A stretch of DNA of 64,000 nucleotides from a virus, in the IMG/VR virus record IMGVR_UViG_3300025892_000010. One strand, written 5' to 3'. The notes below the pieces were generated by a model, which was not told where the DNA came from, ran no database searches, and worked only from the letters and a program-made list of their open reading frames with translations. The position numbers were made by a program, and so were the translations under genes. This document shows, piece by piece, positions 1-9,485 of this stretch (the stretch's first letter is position 1; the number at the start of each line of letters is the position of its first letter).

Positions 1-185
1 TCTTCTTTAAAACCTTCCATTAGTACCTCTGATAATGTCTTTTCTCTTCGTTCTTCTTTGTTAGCAATACTCTGTTTCATAGATATGGCCGTTATATGTT
101 CTTCTTTTGGCCATTCTTTATCAAAATATCGTTTAGGCGTCGGACTCTCGGATTCTCTGAATGGTTTAGAAGTCACCTGAAACAT
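1..185 (-). CDS. hypothetical protein, runs off window start
   Basis: Manual translation MFQVTSKPFRESESPTPKRYFDKEWPKEEH..., open to position 1; overlaps the stop of the upstream gene. Confidence 0.5.
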   Translation of the reverse strand, partial: MFQVTSKPFRESESPTPKRYFDKEWPKEEHITAISMKQSIANKEERREKTLSEVLMEGFKE

Positions 186-1650
186 CTCCGTAAAACTCTT
201 CGTATTGTTTATCGTATAGATTATAATTAGAAGTATCGCCCTTACCCACGTTGGATAATGCGTCCTCCTCTGTCGGATACGCTGTCCTAACGCTATCCTT
301 GAAGCACTTTAAGACCATTTCGTGTGTCTGTGCCTCTATATTGACTATGTGTTTTAACGCCATAATGACATAACGACCACTCATATATTCATTATTAATT
401 ACACGTTCACCTGCACCCATTGGCACCATTGCCGGACACGTAAAGGTTACAATATCACCTGCTGTTATTAATGTATTACCATATACTAACATTGATAGAT
501 TGTGTTGTCTCATTATTTGTTTTTTTGATATTCTTGCACCTAGACCACTTGTTAAACCTGTGTCTTCGTAATCATTGTGTATCTTGGATGTGGCACTCTT
601 AACCATCAACTTACTATCAAAGTGTTGGTTTAATGGTTTTCTGGTATCTGCGTATTCAACGCCTTCAGGATATAATAGACCTGCCTCTGCTCTCATTTCT
701 GTATGTGGTTGTTTCTTACCCTTTTCAATCATATCATACGTGGTAGTGGTAATGGTTTTGTTAAAGGCATCGTGGCTCACCAATTTGTTGGCGTACATAC
801 CATTAAAGATATTGTCTAGCATATCAACTGGTTTATCATACTCATATTTAATTACACTTGACATTCTTCTTTCTATGTCTTTAATCTCTGGTTGTTTTCT
901 GTTTTCAGTAATACTAGAAATCAATGACGCAAACTTCCACTTTGGTGTGATTTGTGCTCCTATACTTCCAATCGCCATCATACTTGCAATACTTCTAAAA
1001 TGATAACCCTCACTTGTTTCATAAAAAACATAACCTGCATTTTGAGGATAGTTTCTAGGTATCGCACTCTTGGCCATTAATCTTATTGCTTGATATGGAT
1101 TTAAATTTGGTATTACAATCTTGGCATTAGTAGCAGTCGGCTCAAAGTAAAATGGTTTTTCTGATTTAAGGTAATTACGTACTATATCTTTAACGCCTTC
1201 CTCTATGGGACCTGCATATGCCTTACTAATTTTGGTAATTGAATTACGATACATTTCAGGAGAACAAAAGAATATTTGATAGAATTGAGCACCATCTACA
1301 TTAGGGTCTCTTCTTACTTTGTCAACCTTATACACTTGACACGGTACACCTGACCTCTCTGTATAGTCATAACCTGGTGTGCCTGGCGTATTAAACTTAA
1401 ATGCTATTCTTTCTAATCCTGTGATTGGTAATAATGACCTAATATCTTGTCTATCATATACAATAACTGAGCCAACTACATTGTTGGTCATAATGTCTTC
1501 AGCAAGTTCAAAGTTATACATTATACCTTTGATGTCTATTATTCTAGGGAGTGATTCTTCTTTTTCAAACTGATATGAAATCAATTCTAAATCTGTTAAT
1601 GAATATTGACCAACTTTGTCAAGTTTATCGCCTGTAATTGTACGAACCAT
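166..1650 (-). CDS. baseplate hub/tail protein (gp27/VgrG-like hub, conserved after gp53 in marine T4-likes)
   Basis: 494 aa; follows gp53; C-terminal SGRYVIMALKHIV motif typical of phage hub proteins. Confidence 0.65.
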   Translation of the reverse strand: MVRTITGDKLDKVGQYSLTDLELISYQFEKEESLPRIIDIKGIMYNFELAEDIMTNNVVGSVIVYDRQDIRSLLPITGLERIAFKFNTPGTPGYDYTERSGVPCQVYKVDKVRRDPNVDGAQFYQIFFCSPEMYRNSITKISKAYAGPIEEGVKDIVRNYLKSEKPFYFEPTATNAKIVIPNLNPYQAIRLMAKSAIPRNYPQNAGYVFYETSEGYHFRSIASMMAIGSIGAQITPKWKFASLISSITENRKQPEIKDIERRMSSVIKYEYDKPVDMLDNIFNGMYANKLVSHDAFNKTITTTTYDMIEKGKKQPHTEMRAEAGLLYPEGVEYADTRKPLNQHFDSKLMVKSATSKIHNDYEDTGLTSGLGARISKKQIMRQHNLSMLVYGNTLITAGDIVTFTCPAMVPMGAGERVINNEYMSGRYVIMALKHIVNIEAQTHEMVLKCFKDSVRTAYPTEEDALSNVGKGDTSNYNLYDKQYEEFYGDVSGDF

Positions 1651-1653
1651 TAT

Positions 1654-2193
1654 CTATGCCTTTATCAAGTTTTTAAATTCTTCTATAAAATTATTTAAAT
1701 AGCCAGGATTTAAAAGTTTAATTTGTCTCTTTTTGTCTTGTTCTCTTCTTTCGTATTCTATATTTGATACTGCCTCTGCACCTGCTGTGTCAGAGTTTAC
1801 TTCTATCTTATGTGAGTAATCACTAGGACCTTGACCCTTTTGTGAACCACTTGATTGTGTTTTCTCATAATGATGTATGCCTTCTACATTGTCATACTTA
1901 TCGGCAACAAATTGTTGAAAGTTATACTCATCTAACGGCCAATCATAAAATCTATTTTGTACATTGTTTAACAAACACACAACCCAAAAATAATCTGTAC
2001 TACCATATACTTTGTATGCAATTGTTTCAGGTGAATCACCCTCTGGCACATCAAAACTATCGTAAAGAGCAAGATTGTTTGCTATCTTACTTCTTACTTT
2101 TACTTTTCTCCATATATCGGTAACGTCTTTATTATCACCAACTACACCTGATAAATTGTATTGAATAGTAGGGAATAGGTCAAAGTAATTCAT
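1654..2193 (-). CDS. gp53: baseplate wedge subunit gp53
   Basis: YFDLFPTIQY, LysM-like GDSPETIAYKVYGSTDYFWVV, DWPL, IHHYE, KRQIKLL. Confidence 0.9.
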   Translation of the reverse strand: MNYFDLFPTIQYNLSGVVGDNKDVTDIWRKVKVRSKIANNLALYDSFDVPEGDSPETIAYKVYGSTDYFWVVCLLNNVQNRFYDWPLDEYNFQQFVADKYDNVEGIHHYEKTQSSGSQKGQGPSDYSHKIEVNSDTAGAEAVSNIEYERREQDKKRQIKLLNPGYLNNFIEEFKNLIKA

Positions 2194-3212
2194 TATGCTC
2201 CCTCTTCTATATCTTCTTTAGTTAATACTCTGTCTTCCTTAAATGATACGGTCAAGTTTGTGTGTACTGGTTGACCATCAGGAAAGAAACTAGGTTGACC
2301 ATCTGGCGTATAGTTAACTTCAACACCTGTACAATAACAAGCAGATATTAAATTTAGTTTATCATTTACTTCGCCTTTGTACATATAACTAATTTTAAAA
2401 TAGTTTGGTATTTCAAATAATGCACCTGCATTGTCTTTAAAACCTGGTGCTGAATTGTATTTAAATATTGTTATGATGTCTCTTACTGCGTCTGCCTCTT
2501 TCATATTTCTTGGCCAAAAGTCAAACGTATATGTAAAGTCTCTCATACCAGGACCCTCATAAAATAATTCGTTTCTAGGATTGATTGCTGTACCTGCTCT
2601 TTTCATCATAAATTTAATTGGGTCACCAAGACCAACTAATTGTACTGCCTCACCTAATAATTGTTTACCTTTTTTAATTGCTGTATTTGTACCTGCACTT
2701 AAAAATGCCTTAATCTGGTCTGCACTCTCACCACCACTTGCGTTTCTCATTAATGCACCCTCAATATCACCTGATATACCTGTTTCTTCAGCACCATAAT
2801 CTTGCGAATAACTTGCCTTGATTGAGCTAGGCATATACAATGCAATGGCAGAATTCATAATAGATTTATTAGGTACTTTAGACGTAACCTTTTTACCTTT
2901 TTTCTTACCTGAATTAAACATACCACCTTGTTGTGGACTATATCCTATAAAACCTGATTCAAATATGATATAGTGACCAAGTTCATTAGAACCAAGGTCT
3001 AGTGGATATTGTACAGGACTAAATGATAGTGGATTCTCAATTAATTTTTGACTAGGCGCACTATCTATATTAAATGGTGACTTGTCTTTTAATTTAGCTG
3101 CAACTTTACCAGCCGCTTGAGCAGAACCACCAGACATAAAATTGTTTATTGCATTAGCAGCAAACGGTGTCGCCAGGTTTGATATGTGATTTTTTAACTT
3201 TGTAAATGCCAT
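2193..3212 (-). CDS. gp48: baseplate tail tube cap gp48
   Basis: YPLD, IALYMP, INPRNELFYEGPGMRDFTYTFDFWPRN, V.YTPDG, LTVSFKE. Confidence 0.88.
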   Translation of the reverse strand: MAFTKLKNHISNLATPFAANAINNFMSGGSAQAAGKVAAKLKDKSPFNIDSAPSQKLIENPLSFSPVQYPLDLGSNELGHYIIFESGFIGYSPQQGGMFNSGKKKGKKVTSKVPNKSIMNSAIALYMPSSIKASYSQDYGAEETGISGDIEGALMRNASGGESADQIKAFLSAGTNTAIKKGKQLLGEAVQLVGLGDPIKFMMKRAGTAINPRNELFYEGPGMRDFTYTFDFWPRNMKEADAVRDIITIFKYNSAPGFKDNAGALFEIPNYFKISYMYKGEVNDKLNLISACYCTGVEVNYTPDGQPSFFPDGQPVHTNLTVSFKEDRVLTKEDIEEGA

Positions 3213-3213
3213 T

Positions 3214-3221
3214 TATAAATA
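3214..3221 (+). promoter_or_regulatory. T4-type late promoter TATAAATA (gp4)
   Basis: Exact TATAAATA about 35 nt upstream of gp4 ATG, followed by an AGAGG RBS. Confidence 0.75.
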
Positions 3222-3231
3222 CCTTTATCAA

Positions 3232-3239
3232 TATTTATA
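3232..3239 (-). promoter_or_regulatory. T4-type late promoter TATAAATA (gp48 operon)
   Basis: Exact TATAAATA on minus strand about 20 nt upstream of gp48 ATG. Confidence 0.75.
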
Positions 3240-3256
3240 TAGATTAGAGGTATATT

Positions 3257-3688
3257 ATGGCAAAGAGTTATAAAGGTTTATACAGACCAACCAATCCGAA
3301 GAAATACGTAGGAGACGCCAAAAAGATAGTGTATCGGTCACTATTAGAAAGACGTTTTATGCGTTATTGTGACCTTAATGAAGATATTACATTTTGGGCA
3401 AGTGAAGAATTGCCAATCAGATACTATAACCCTATCACTAGTAAATTTCACCGATACTTTCCAGACTTTGTTGTAAAGACAACCAAAAATCAAAAGTATA
3501 TGATAGAGATTAAACCTTATCGTCAATGCGATAAACCTAAAATGCCAAAGAAGAAAACAAAATCTTATATGCGTGAGAGTTTAGAGTATATTAAGAACAA
3601 GGCAAAATGGTCAGCAGCCAAAGCTTATTGTGATGATAATGGTCTTACATTCAAACTAATTACAGAAAAAGATTTAGGTAAGTATTAA
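3257..3688 (+). CDS. gp4: head completion nuclease gp4
   Basis: YKGLYRPTNPKKYVGD, YRSLLE, WASEEL, HRYFPDF, IEIKP, AKW.AA, FKLITEKDL. Confidence 0.92.
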   Translation: MAKSYKGLYRPTNPKKYVGDAKKIVYRSLLERRFMRYCDLNEDITFWASEELPIRYYNPITSKFHRYFPDFVVKTTKNQKYMIEIKPYRQCDKPKMPKKKTKSYMRESLEYIKNKAKWSAAKAYCDDNGLTFKLITEKDLGKY

Positions 3689-5424
3689 GCCATTGCATTG
3701 GCATAGGCGTGTCTATCGTGGTAACTATCTATACCTACATCTAAACTACCTGCGTGTGTTGATGTTGACGCCACGGTTGTTTGTGTTTTTGTGCCGTTAT
3801 CAATAACATTATTATTAATTACAGGTGCTGTATCTTTAGGTAAAGGACCAACATTCTTCATACCAAATTTAGGTTCCGATTTTGATATTTCTGTGCCAGT
3901 AAAATCAACACCACCATCAGGACTTTCAATAGTTTTAAATGTACTTTCACCTAATGGTGTATCTTGTTTTACAACTACATATTTTTTATTATTTTCGTCA
4001 TATGCCACTTTTACTGCGTCACCTATTTCTTCAGCAACTGATTTAGCAAAACCAGGACCTATTGTTTCAAAATTTTTATCATTCTGTTGTAATACACCAT
4101 CTTTAAATTTATATTTACCAGCAATTGTTTCCATACCATTTGCTTCATCTTTTGCAATCTTTTCAGCAATGTTGGCGTCACCTGTATTTGCTGTATCTAA
4201 TACTGATGGTGCTGGCTCTGAAGTTTCAAACTTCATTTTATCTTTTACAAATTGAGGTAATGGTAATGCTTGAATAATACCATTTATTGCCTCTTTAATT
4301 TTATTTCCTACCATTGTAAAGAATTCTCCTATTGGTCTGAAAAAGTTTTTAACAGCATTCTCAATATTAGTCCGTATACCAGTTAAATATTCCCTAACAG
4401 CAACATCTATATTATCAAGTGTATCTCCTATCGCACCAAAAAAACCAAAAACTGCGTCAACGCCAGCAAAAAACTTTGCTTTAACATTTGCCCATACTTC
4501 ACCAATAGACCCTAATAAATCTTCAACACCAAATATTTCACCTACACTTTGTATTGTGTTCATAACTGCACCTATTACCGTTGCTAAAAACTTTTCACCT
4601 ATTTCATAAAAACTTCCCCATAGATTTGAAAATGCGTCTTTTAATCTATCAAAGTCTAATGTTATTATACTCATCAAAACTTCATTTACAAATTCTAAAC
4701 TTGCCATAAACATTTTAAATGAAGCTTCAATACCAGCAATTAAAATTGTTAATGATTGACCAATACCTACTATTGCTGTCTTGGCAAGAACATCAACAAC
4801 GACCATAATTGCGTCAAAAAGAGGTTTCATTGCAACGCCTAAATCTTTTAATCCATCTAATACAGGTGCTAATGCTTTTACAATATCATCCATATATCTA
4901 ATAATAAAACCAACTGCTAGTGTTAAACCTGCAAGAGGACCAAATCTACCAAATATTTTAAACAATGCACCACTCTTACCAAAGAACGCCATAATCGGAG
5001 CAAACAATTTTCTTAATTTTGCAACACCTGGTAACCCCATCATAAATGCTGATAGAGCTGCTAGTTTACCACCTGCGCCTTCACCTTTTTCTTCGCCCTC
5101 ACCACCAGGTACTTCTATACCAGCAGAGCCAGTAGGTAAATCTTTTTCTTCTTTTGCAAGCTCTGTACTTTGTTCTCTTAATTTACGTGCTTCATCTTTT
5201 TCAAACGATAACAATTCACCTAGTCTAGTAGCAACATCTTTTATTCCTCTAACTGATTTAATAGTCAAGTCTCTTAATTGTTCTAATATACCAGTTTGGC
5301 TATCTGTCTTTTCAGATAGTATAGCTGCACCACCACCGACTAGAGCACCACCAATAACTTTCTGTTGTGATTCTACAACTGCTAGAGCTGTGCTTTGTAT
5401 TGCTTCGTTTGTATCTTTATCCAT
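3685..5424 (-). CDS. tape-measure-like (gp29-like) tail protein
   Basis: 579 aa; long amphipathic helical region with spaced F/W residues; C-terminal APVINNNVIDN; lies downstream of gp26/gp51. Confidence 0.6.
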   Translation of the reverse strand: MDKDTNEAIQSTALAVVESQQKVIGGALVGGGAAILSEKTDSQTGILEQLRDLTIKSVRGIKDVATRLGELLSFEKDEARKLREQSTELAKEEKDLPTGSAGIEVPGGEGEEKGEGAGGKLAALSAFMMGLPGVAKLRKLFAPIMAFFGKSGALFKIFGRFGPLAGLTLAVGFIIRYMDDIVKALAPVLDGLKDLGVAMKPLFDAIMVVVDVLAKTAIVGIGQSLTILIAGIEASFKMFMASLEFVNEVLMSIITLDFDRLKDAFSNLWGSFYEIGEKFLATVIGAVMNTIQSVGEIFGVEDLLGSIGEVWANVKAKFFAGVDAVFGFFGAIGDTLDNIDVAVREYLTGIRTNIENAVKNFFRPIGEFFTMVGNKIKEAINGIIQALPLPQFVKDKMKFETSEPAPSVLDTANTGDANIAEKIAKDEANGMETIAGKYKFKDGVLQQNDKNFETIGPGFAKSVAEEIGDAVKVAYDENNKKYVVVKQDTPLGESTFKTIESPDGGVDFTGTEISKSEPKFGMKNVGPLPKDTAPVINNNVIDNGTKTQTTVASTSTHAGSLDVGIDSYHDRHAYANAMA

Positions 5425-5537
5425 TACTCTGTTTCTTTACATCTACATTTTTTACATTCGCATAGACCACAATACTCATCAACGTGTTCTGCTTCAACAC
5501 AATGACAATTATGGTTACAATCTCTACACTTACGCAT
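5424..5537 (-). CDS. 37-aa Cys/His-rich metallothionein-like protein
   Basis: MRKCRDCNHNCHCVEAEHVDEYCGLCECKKCRCKETE (9 Cys, 3 His); TAATG overlaps with both neighbours; not in ORF track. Confidence 0.7.
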   Translation of the reverse strand: MRKCRDCNHNCHCVEAEHVDEYCGLCECKKCRCKETE

Positions 5538-5812
5538 TATTTTTGTATCTTACTTGATTTGCCGTTAACATATAAACCAAACCAGGCAGCGCCAGCACCA
5601 ACAACTACTGATACAAAACCAGCCTGTGCGTTATTTGGGGCTTCTAATGCCATAAACCAAGTCATAGTTTCATAGAATACTAGACCATATAGTACCATCA
5701 TAAGTCTCGGTACGGTTCTCCAGTTTGATAAAAATTGTGGTAGTTCTTCTTTTAAAAACCACCATAACCATTTGATTTTGTCAACAACAGATTTTTTAGC
5801 TTCTTCTATCAT
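5537..5812 (-). CDS. small two-TM membrane protein (holin-like topology)
   Basis: Two hydrophobic segments and a basic C-terminus. Confidence 0.6.
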   Translation of the reverse strand: MIEEAKKSVVDKIKWLWWFLKEELPQFLSNWRTVPRLMMVLYGLVFYETMTWFMALEAPNNAQAGFVSVVVGAGAAWFGLYVNGKSSKIQK

Positions 5813-5934
5813 TTTTGTTTCTTCCTCTTTTCATTTTCCTCTTTAATGTGTTGCATTAAGAGACCAATGTATATTTCCCTCTCCCAAGGCACCATATTAT
5901 TTAATTCTGTTAAAGAATATTTATGATGTTGCAT
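5809..5934 (-). CDS. gp51: baseplate hub assembly protein gp51-like (possibly expressed as a -1 frameshift extension of gp26)
   Basis: MQHHKYSLTELNNMVPWEREIYIGLL; frame stays open upstream to the slippery site at 5991-5997. Confidence 0.8.
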   Translation of the reverse strand: MQHHKYSLTELNNMVPWEREIYIGLLMQHIKEENEKRKKQK

Positions 5935-5984
5935 TAAAGCAAAATTAACTTGAAAATGGTTTTCAAGTGTGTCGTGTGAGAGGG

Positions 5985-6704
5985 CTATCCGAAAAAATCG
6001 GTCAGTCCTTGCAACGTTATTTTACTTTTCACCTTTGTTTTAGGATTCTCTACCTCTAATTCGTGTCTTAATTTAGGCATAGTCTCATAAAACTTTTGTA
6101 TTTGTTTAAATGCACCACTAGGTATACTCTCTATGAATTTATCTAGTTCCTCTTTGGTGTAATCAGTTGCCATATGCACCTTTTCACCTTCAGAAATTTG
6201 GTATATACCCTTACCAATCATTTCAAACAATACTTTTGTATCAGCACCTTTTGAATAATCTTTTGTCGGGTCAATAGAAGCAATAGTTGGGTATTTCATA
6301 ATAATACTAATGTTCTTTGCTTCGTCTACCATAATTTTATTTGTATGTTGGTCGTCAACGTGTACTTCCACTTCCGAAATATCAATGCTAACGTTAGCAT
6401 AAGTTGATTTGTCGTCTGGACACAAAACTTTTAAATTTGCAATCTCTCCAACTGATTTAGACCTAATCTGTAAAAATACATATTCTAAATCAAATGTAGC
6501 TAACTCATCAACATTTAATTGACCAAATGTACAAACACTAATAATATCTTTTAATGCTTGAACAATTTGTTTTTGCTTTTGCGACTCTAAAGCCTGAAGC
6601 AAAACCTTTTCCTCTTTTACCTGGAATGGTCTAAACTTAACTTGTACATCACTTGATGGTAATGTCAACTCAAATGTCGCTGTTTCTAATATAGGCAATG
6701 CCAT
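5985..6704 (-). CDS. gp26: baseplate hub subunit gp26-like
   Basis: MALP..TFELTLPS..VKFRPFQVKEEKVLL, FDLEYVFLQIRSKSVGE, LQGLTDFF. Confidence 0.88.
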   Translation of the reverse strand: MALPILETATFELTLPSSDVQVKFRPFQVKEEKVLLQALESQKQKQIVQALKDIISVCTFGQLNVDELATFDLEYVFLQIRSKSVGEIANLKVLCPDDKSTYANVSIDISEVEVHVDDQHTNKIMVDEAKNISIIMKYPTIASIDPTKDYSKGADTKVLFEMIGKGIYQISEGEKVHMATDYTKEELDKFIESIPSGAFKQIQKFYETMPKLRHELEVENPKTKVKSKITLQGLTDFFG

Positions 6705-6723
6705 AATATTATCTCCTTGTTAA

Positions 6724-7671
6724 TTATAAAAATGGTGGAAATACTCTTCCACCTGTAACCTTACCAATCGGTAAGTTTCTTCTTGTAGTATTTAATAAGT
6801 CTCTTCCTGCTCTTCTTAATTCAGGAGGAAGTTTGGATAAAATACCACCAAATAGTCCAAATGATTTACCTGGTTTTATTGTAGGCACATCACCAAATGA
6901 AGCACCAATTGTACCAGCGCCAATTTGGTCTAATGTTAAATTAGTCCATCTTCTAAAGTTTAGTGTAATAGGTAATTCTATAACTTTATCATTATCGCCA
7001 TAACTATAATCAATTGATGATATAGTTTGTGGATAAACTTCGTGTAGTCTCACACCATAAGTCACTCTGTCTTTATCGTTAGAAGCTTCAAATTGTCCTA
7101 ATTGTAAAATGTCCATACTACCGATATATGTATCATAGTAATTTATATTGTGTGTGACCATATCAAATATTTTTTTCTGCCAGTTTTCAAAAAACATTCT
7201 TTGTCTTAAAAACTTATCACCATAAAATGTACATTCTACCGTACCTGGAAAACTATATGCATAAGGCATTTCTCTTTTTGGTCCGTATGTCATAGCAGTT
7301 GCTGTGTTAATATCTCTTGACGGCATAGTAACCTTACTACACATCATTGCTACATTTCTAGTCATCTGTATTGATTCTAAATCATTCGGTCCACCAGCAG
7401 AACCACCACCGTGTTCACTAGCTAATAATTCTTCGTGTGTTAAATCTTTTCTAGCAGGCGGGTTGATAATAACCAAATATCTATTTGGTCTTGATAGGCC
7501 TTCGCCCTCATTTACGTTTGCAATAAATCTATTAATTGTTGACTCTGGATTGCCTCCAGGTTTACGTCTTAATCTTTCATCAGCATTTACGTTATCAAGG
7601 GACCTATCTCTAGGTAAACCTATTCTTATATCGTAATTACCGATTCTTCTCCCGCCTCGTAAGATTGCCAT
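6724..7671 (-). CDS. tail tube-like baseplate protein (gp54-like)
   Basis: GLSRPNRYLV, CSKVTMP, FFENWQ, YYDTYIG, LHEVYPQTI: T4 tail-tube-fold motifs. Confidence 0.7.
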   Translation of the reverse strand: MAILRGGRRIGNYDIRIGLPRDRSLDNVNADERLRRKPGGNPESTINRFIANVNEGEGLSRPNRYLVIINPPARKDLTHEELLASEHGGGSAGGPNDLESIQMTRNVAMMCSKVTMPSRDINTATAMTYGPKREMPYAYSFPGTVECTFYGDKFLRQRMFFENWQKKIFDMVTHNINYYDTYIGSMDILQLGQFEASNDKDRVTYGVRLHEVYPQTISSIDYSYGDNDKVIELPITLNFRRWTNLTLDQIGAGTIGASFGDVPTIKPGKSFGLFGGILSKLPPELRRAGRDLLNTTRRNLPIGKVTGGRVFPPFL

Positions 7672-7672
7672 A

Positions 7673-7879
7673 TTACTTCTCTTCTATTAATTTGCAATTC
7701 TCTTTATTTGCTTCTAAACCATTGTTCTTGTTGTACAGCCAAACATATGAATATACTACATTCTCGTTTTTCTCTACACACTTTTTACCAAATGCCAATC
7801 TTGGCTCTTTTGGTATAGAACAAGCAGTCATTAATGAAAGCGCAAATAACATTGCGATTAAAATTAAATAATTTTTCAT
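7673..7879 (-). CDS. small lipoprotein
   Basis: Signal peptide with MTA-C lipobox. Confidence 0.6.
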   Translation of the reverse strand: MKNYLILIAMLFALSLMTACSIPKEPRLAFGKKCVEKNENVVYSYVWLYNKNNGLEANKENCKLIEEK

Positions 7880-8433
7880 TATATTTTCCTTCTGCTGTCT
7901 GCAAATACTTTTCCAATACTTGCTTTTTGAAATCTTGCTACTGGTAAGTATATTGCAATCGCCATTTCATCAACATCAACTCTTAAAAAATTACTTCTTA
8001 CATATCTAAAAAGGTATTTCTTAATAGCCGGCTTAATTAAACCTATATTCTTTACTGCGTCATACGTAACCTGTAACCTAGTTGATTGGTCAAATTTAGA
8101 GTTCGTACTGAATTGCTGTAATCGTTCTAATAATTTAAATCGTAAACCGTAAGGTAGATAGTGAAAGTTTAAACCTATAAAACCACCTCTAAATGTATCT
8201 ATCGGTAACACTAGTGGAAATGTATCATAGAAAGGCAGTTTTGCCTTTGTTTTTGGGTCATATACAAACATAGACATTCTACCAGCACTTGGTTGTCCTA
8301 ATAATTTGCCGTCTCTCATTAATTTAGCAGACGTAGCTCTATCTGCAATAAGTGAAGCTGCATTACGATACCAAGACGCTGACTTTAATGCTTTGTCCTG
8401 TAAGTCAACTAGTGGATTAAATATATTTACCAT
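7879..8433 (-). CDS. gp2: DNA end protector protein gp2
   Basis: YDPKTKAKLPFYDTFPLV, GFIGLNFHYLP, KKYL, AIYLPVARF. Confidence 0.9.
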   Translation of the reverse strand: MVNIFNPLVDLQDKALKSASWYRNAASLIADRATSAKLMRDGKLLGQPSAGRMSMFVYDPKTKAKLPFYDTFPLVLPIDTFRGGFIGLNFHYLPYGLRFKLLERLQQFSTNSKFDQSTRLQVTYDAVKNIGLIKPAIKKYLFRYVRSNFLRVDVDEMAIAIYLPVARFQKASIGKVFADSRRKI

Positions 8434-8438
8434 ACCAC

Positions 8439-8446
8439 TATTTATA
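8439..8446 (-). promoter_or_regulatory. T4-type late promoter TATAAATA (gp2/tail operon)
   Basis: Exact motif 5 nt before gp2 ATG. Confidence 0.8.
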
Positions 8447-8447
8447 A

Positions 8448-8478
8448 GAAAACCCCTAGCGATTTCTCGCTAGAGGTT
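8448..8478 (-). terminator. intrinsic terminator after gp32
   Basis: CTAGCGA-GAAA-TCGCTAG hairpin followed by a T-tract on the minus strand. Confidence 0.8.
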
Positions 8479-8505
8479 GTAGTTGTGATTTTTGAGAGAG
8501 AAAGA

Positions 8506-9405
8506 TTAATCTTCGTCTGCTAATTTACTAAAGTAGGACATTGTATCGTCCTCATCACTAGCCGGCTCAGATTTCACATCACTTCCACTAGGTACAGAGG
8601 TTGTGGTAGATTGTGGTGGGAGGTCAACATTCTCCACGGTCTCTGTATTTCGTTGTCCCATAATTACCCTATTCAGTTTCTCTTTGAGTTCGTCATAGGT
8701 CTTAAAATTACTAGGGTCAACAAAAGGGTTTAGAGGGTATTGTTTAGACCAAATATTTTTGATGTCATCATCTGACTCTTTAATATTTGATACGCCCTCA
8801 AATTCTGACTTATCATAGTTCCAATAGCCATCAACTTTTCTAATTTTTAGTTTAAAGTTTGCACCTTTCCAAAAATCAAATGGATTGATTGGTGTTTCAT
8901 CATCAAATGCTGGTTGCATTGCTTCAGTAATCTTATCAAAGATTTTCTTACCGAATTTAAAGATGAATACTTTACCCTCATTCTCTGGATGTTTAGGGTC
9001 TGAAACTACAAAGATGTTTGAGTAGTATGATAATTTTCTTTTTCTCTTACGAGCAATTTCTTTATCACTATCAACACCTGTATTCCAAAGTCTTGTATTT
9101 TCTTCACTAACAGGATCCTTTTGATTAAGAGTTGTTAATGAGTTTTCAATATACCAACCGCCTTTATCTTGGAAAGCGTGTGACCAAACTCTTTGCCAAG
9201 GCATTTCTTCACCTGAAGTTGCCGGCAAAAATCTGATTACTGCATAGCCATTACCAGTTTTATCTAGTTCTGGTTTCCAGATTCTTTCGTCTTGGTATTT
9301 GTTTTTTGAATTTCCAGAAGTCTCTGGTTTTTCTGAATTAGCTTCTAACGCTTTTGTTATTTTATCAAAATTAGAAGCACTTGATTTTAAACTTTCAAAG
9401 TCCAT
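8506..9405 (-). CDS. gp32: single-stranded DNA-binding protein gp32
   Basis: DERIWKPELDKTGNGYAVIRFLP, WYIENSLTT, NPFDFWKGANFKLKIR, acidic tail SYFSKLADED. Confidence 0.97.
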   Translation of the reverse strand: MDFESLKSSASNFDKITKALEANSEKPETSGNSKNKYQDERIWKPELDKTGNGYAVIRFLPATSGEEMPWQRVWSHAFQDKGGWYIENSLTTLNQKDPVSEENTRLWNTGVDSDKEIARKRKRKLSYYSNIFVVSDPKHPENEGKVFIFKFGKKIFDKITEAMQPAFDDETPINPFDFWKGANFKLKIRKVDGYWNYDKSEFEGVSNIKESDDDIKNIWSKQYPLNPFVDPSNFKTYDELKEKLNRVIMGQRNTETVENVDLPPQSTTTSVPSGSDVKSEPASDEDDTMSYFSKLADED

Positions 9406-9471
9406 ATTATATCTCCTTTGTATTAAATATGTTCGTTGTATTTGTGTGACCTATATTATCGGCCTCATTAT

Positions 9472-9479
9472 TATTTATA
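9472..9479 (-). promoter_or_regulatory. T4-type late promoter TATAAATA upstream of gp32
   Basis: Exact motif. Confidence 0.65.
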
Positions 9480-9485
9480 ATAGAT

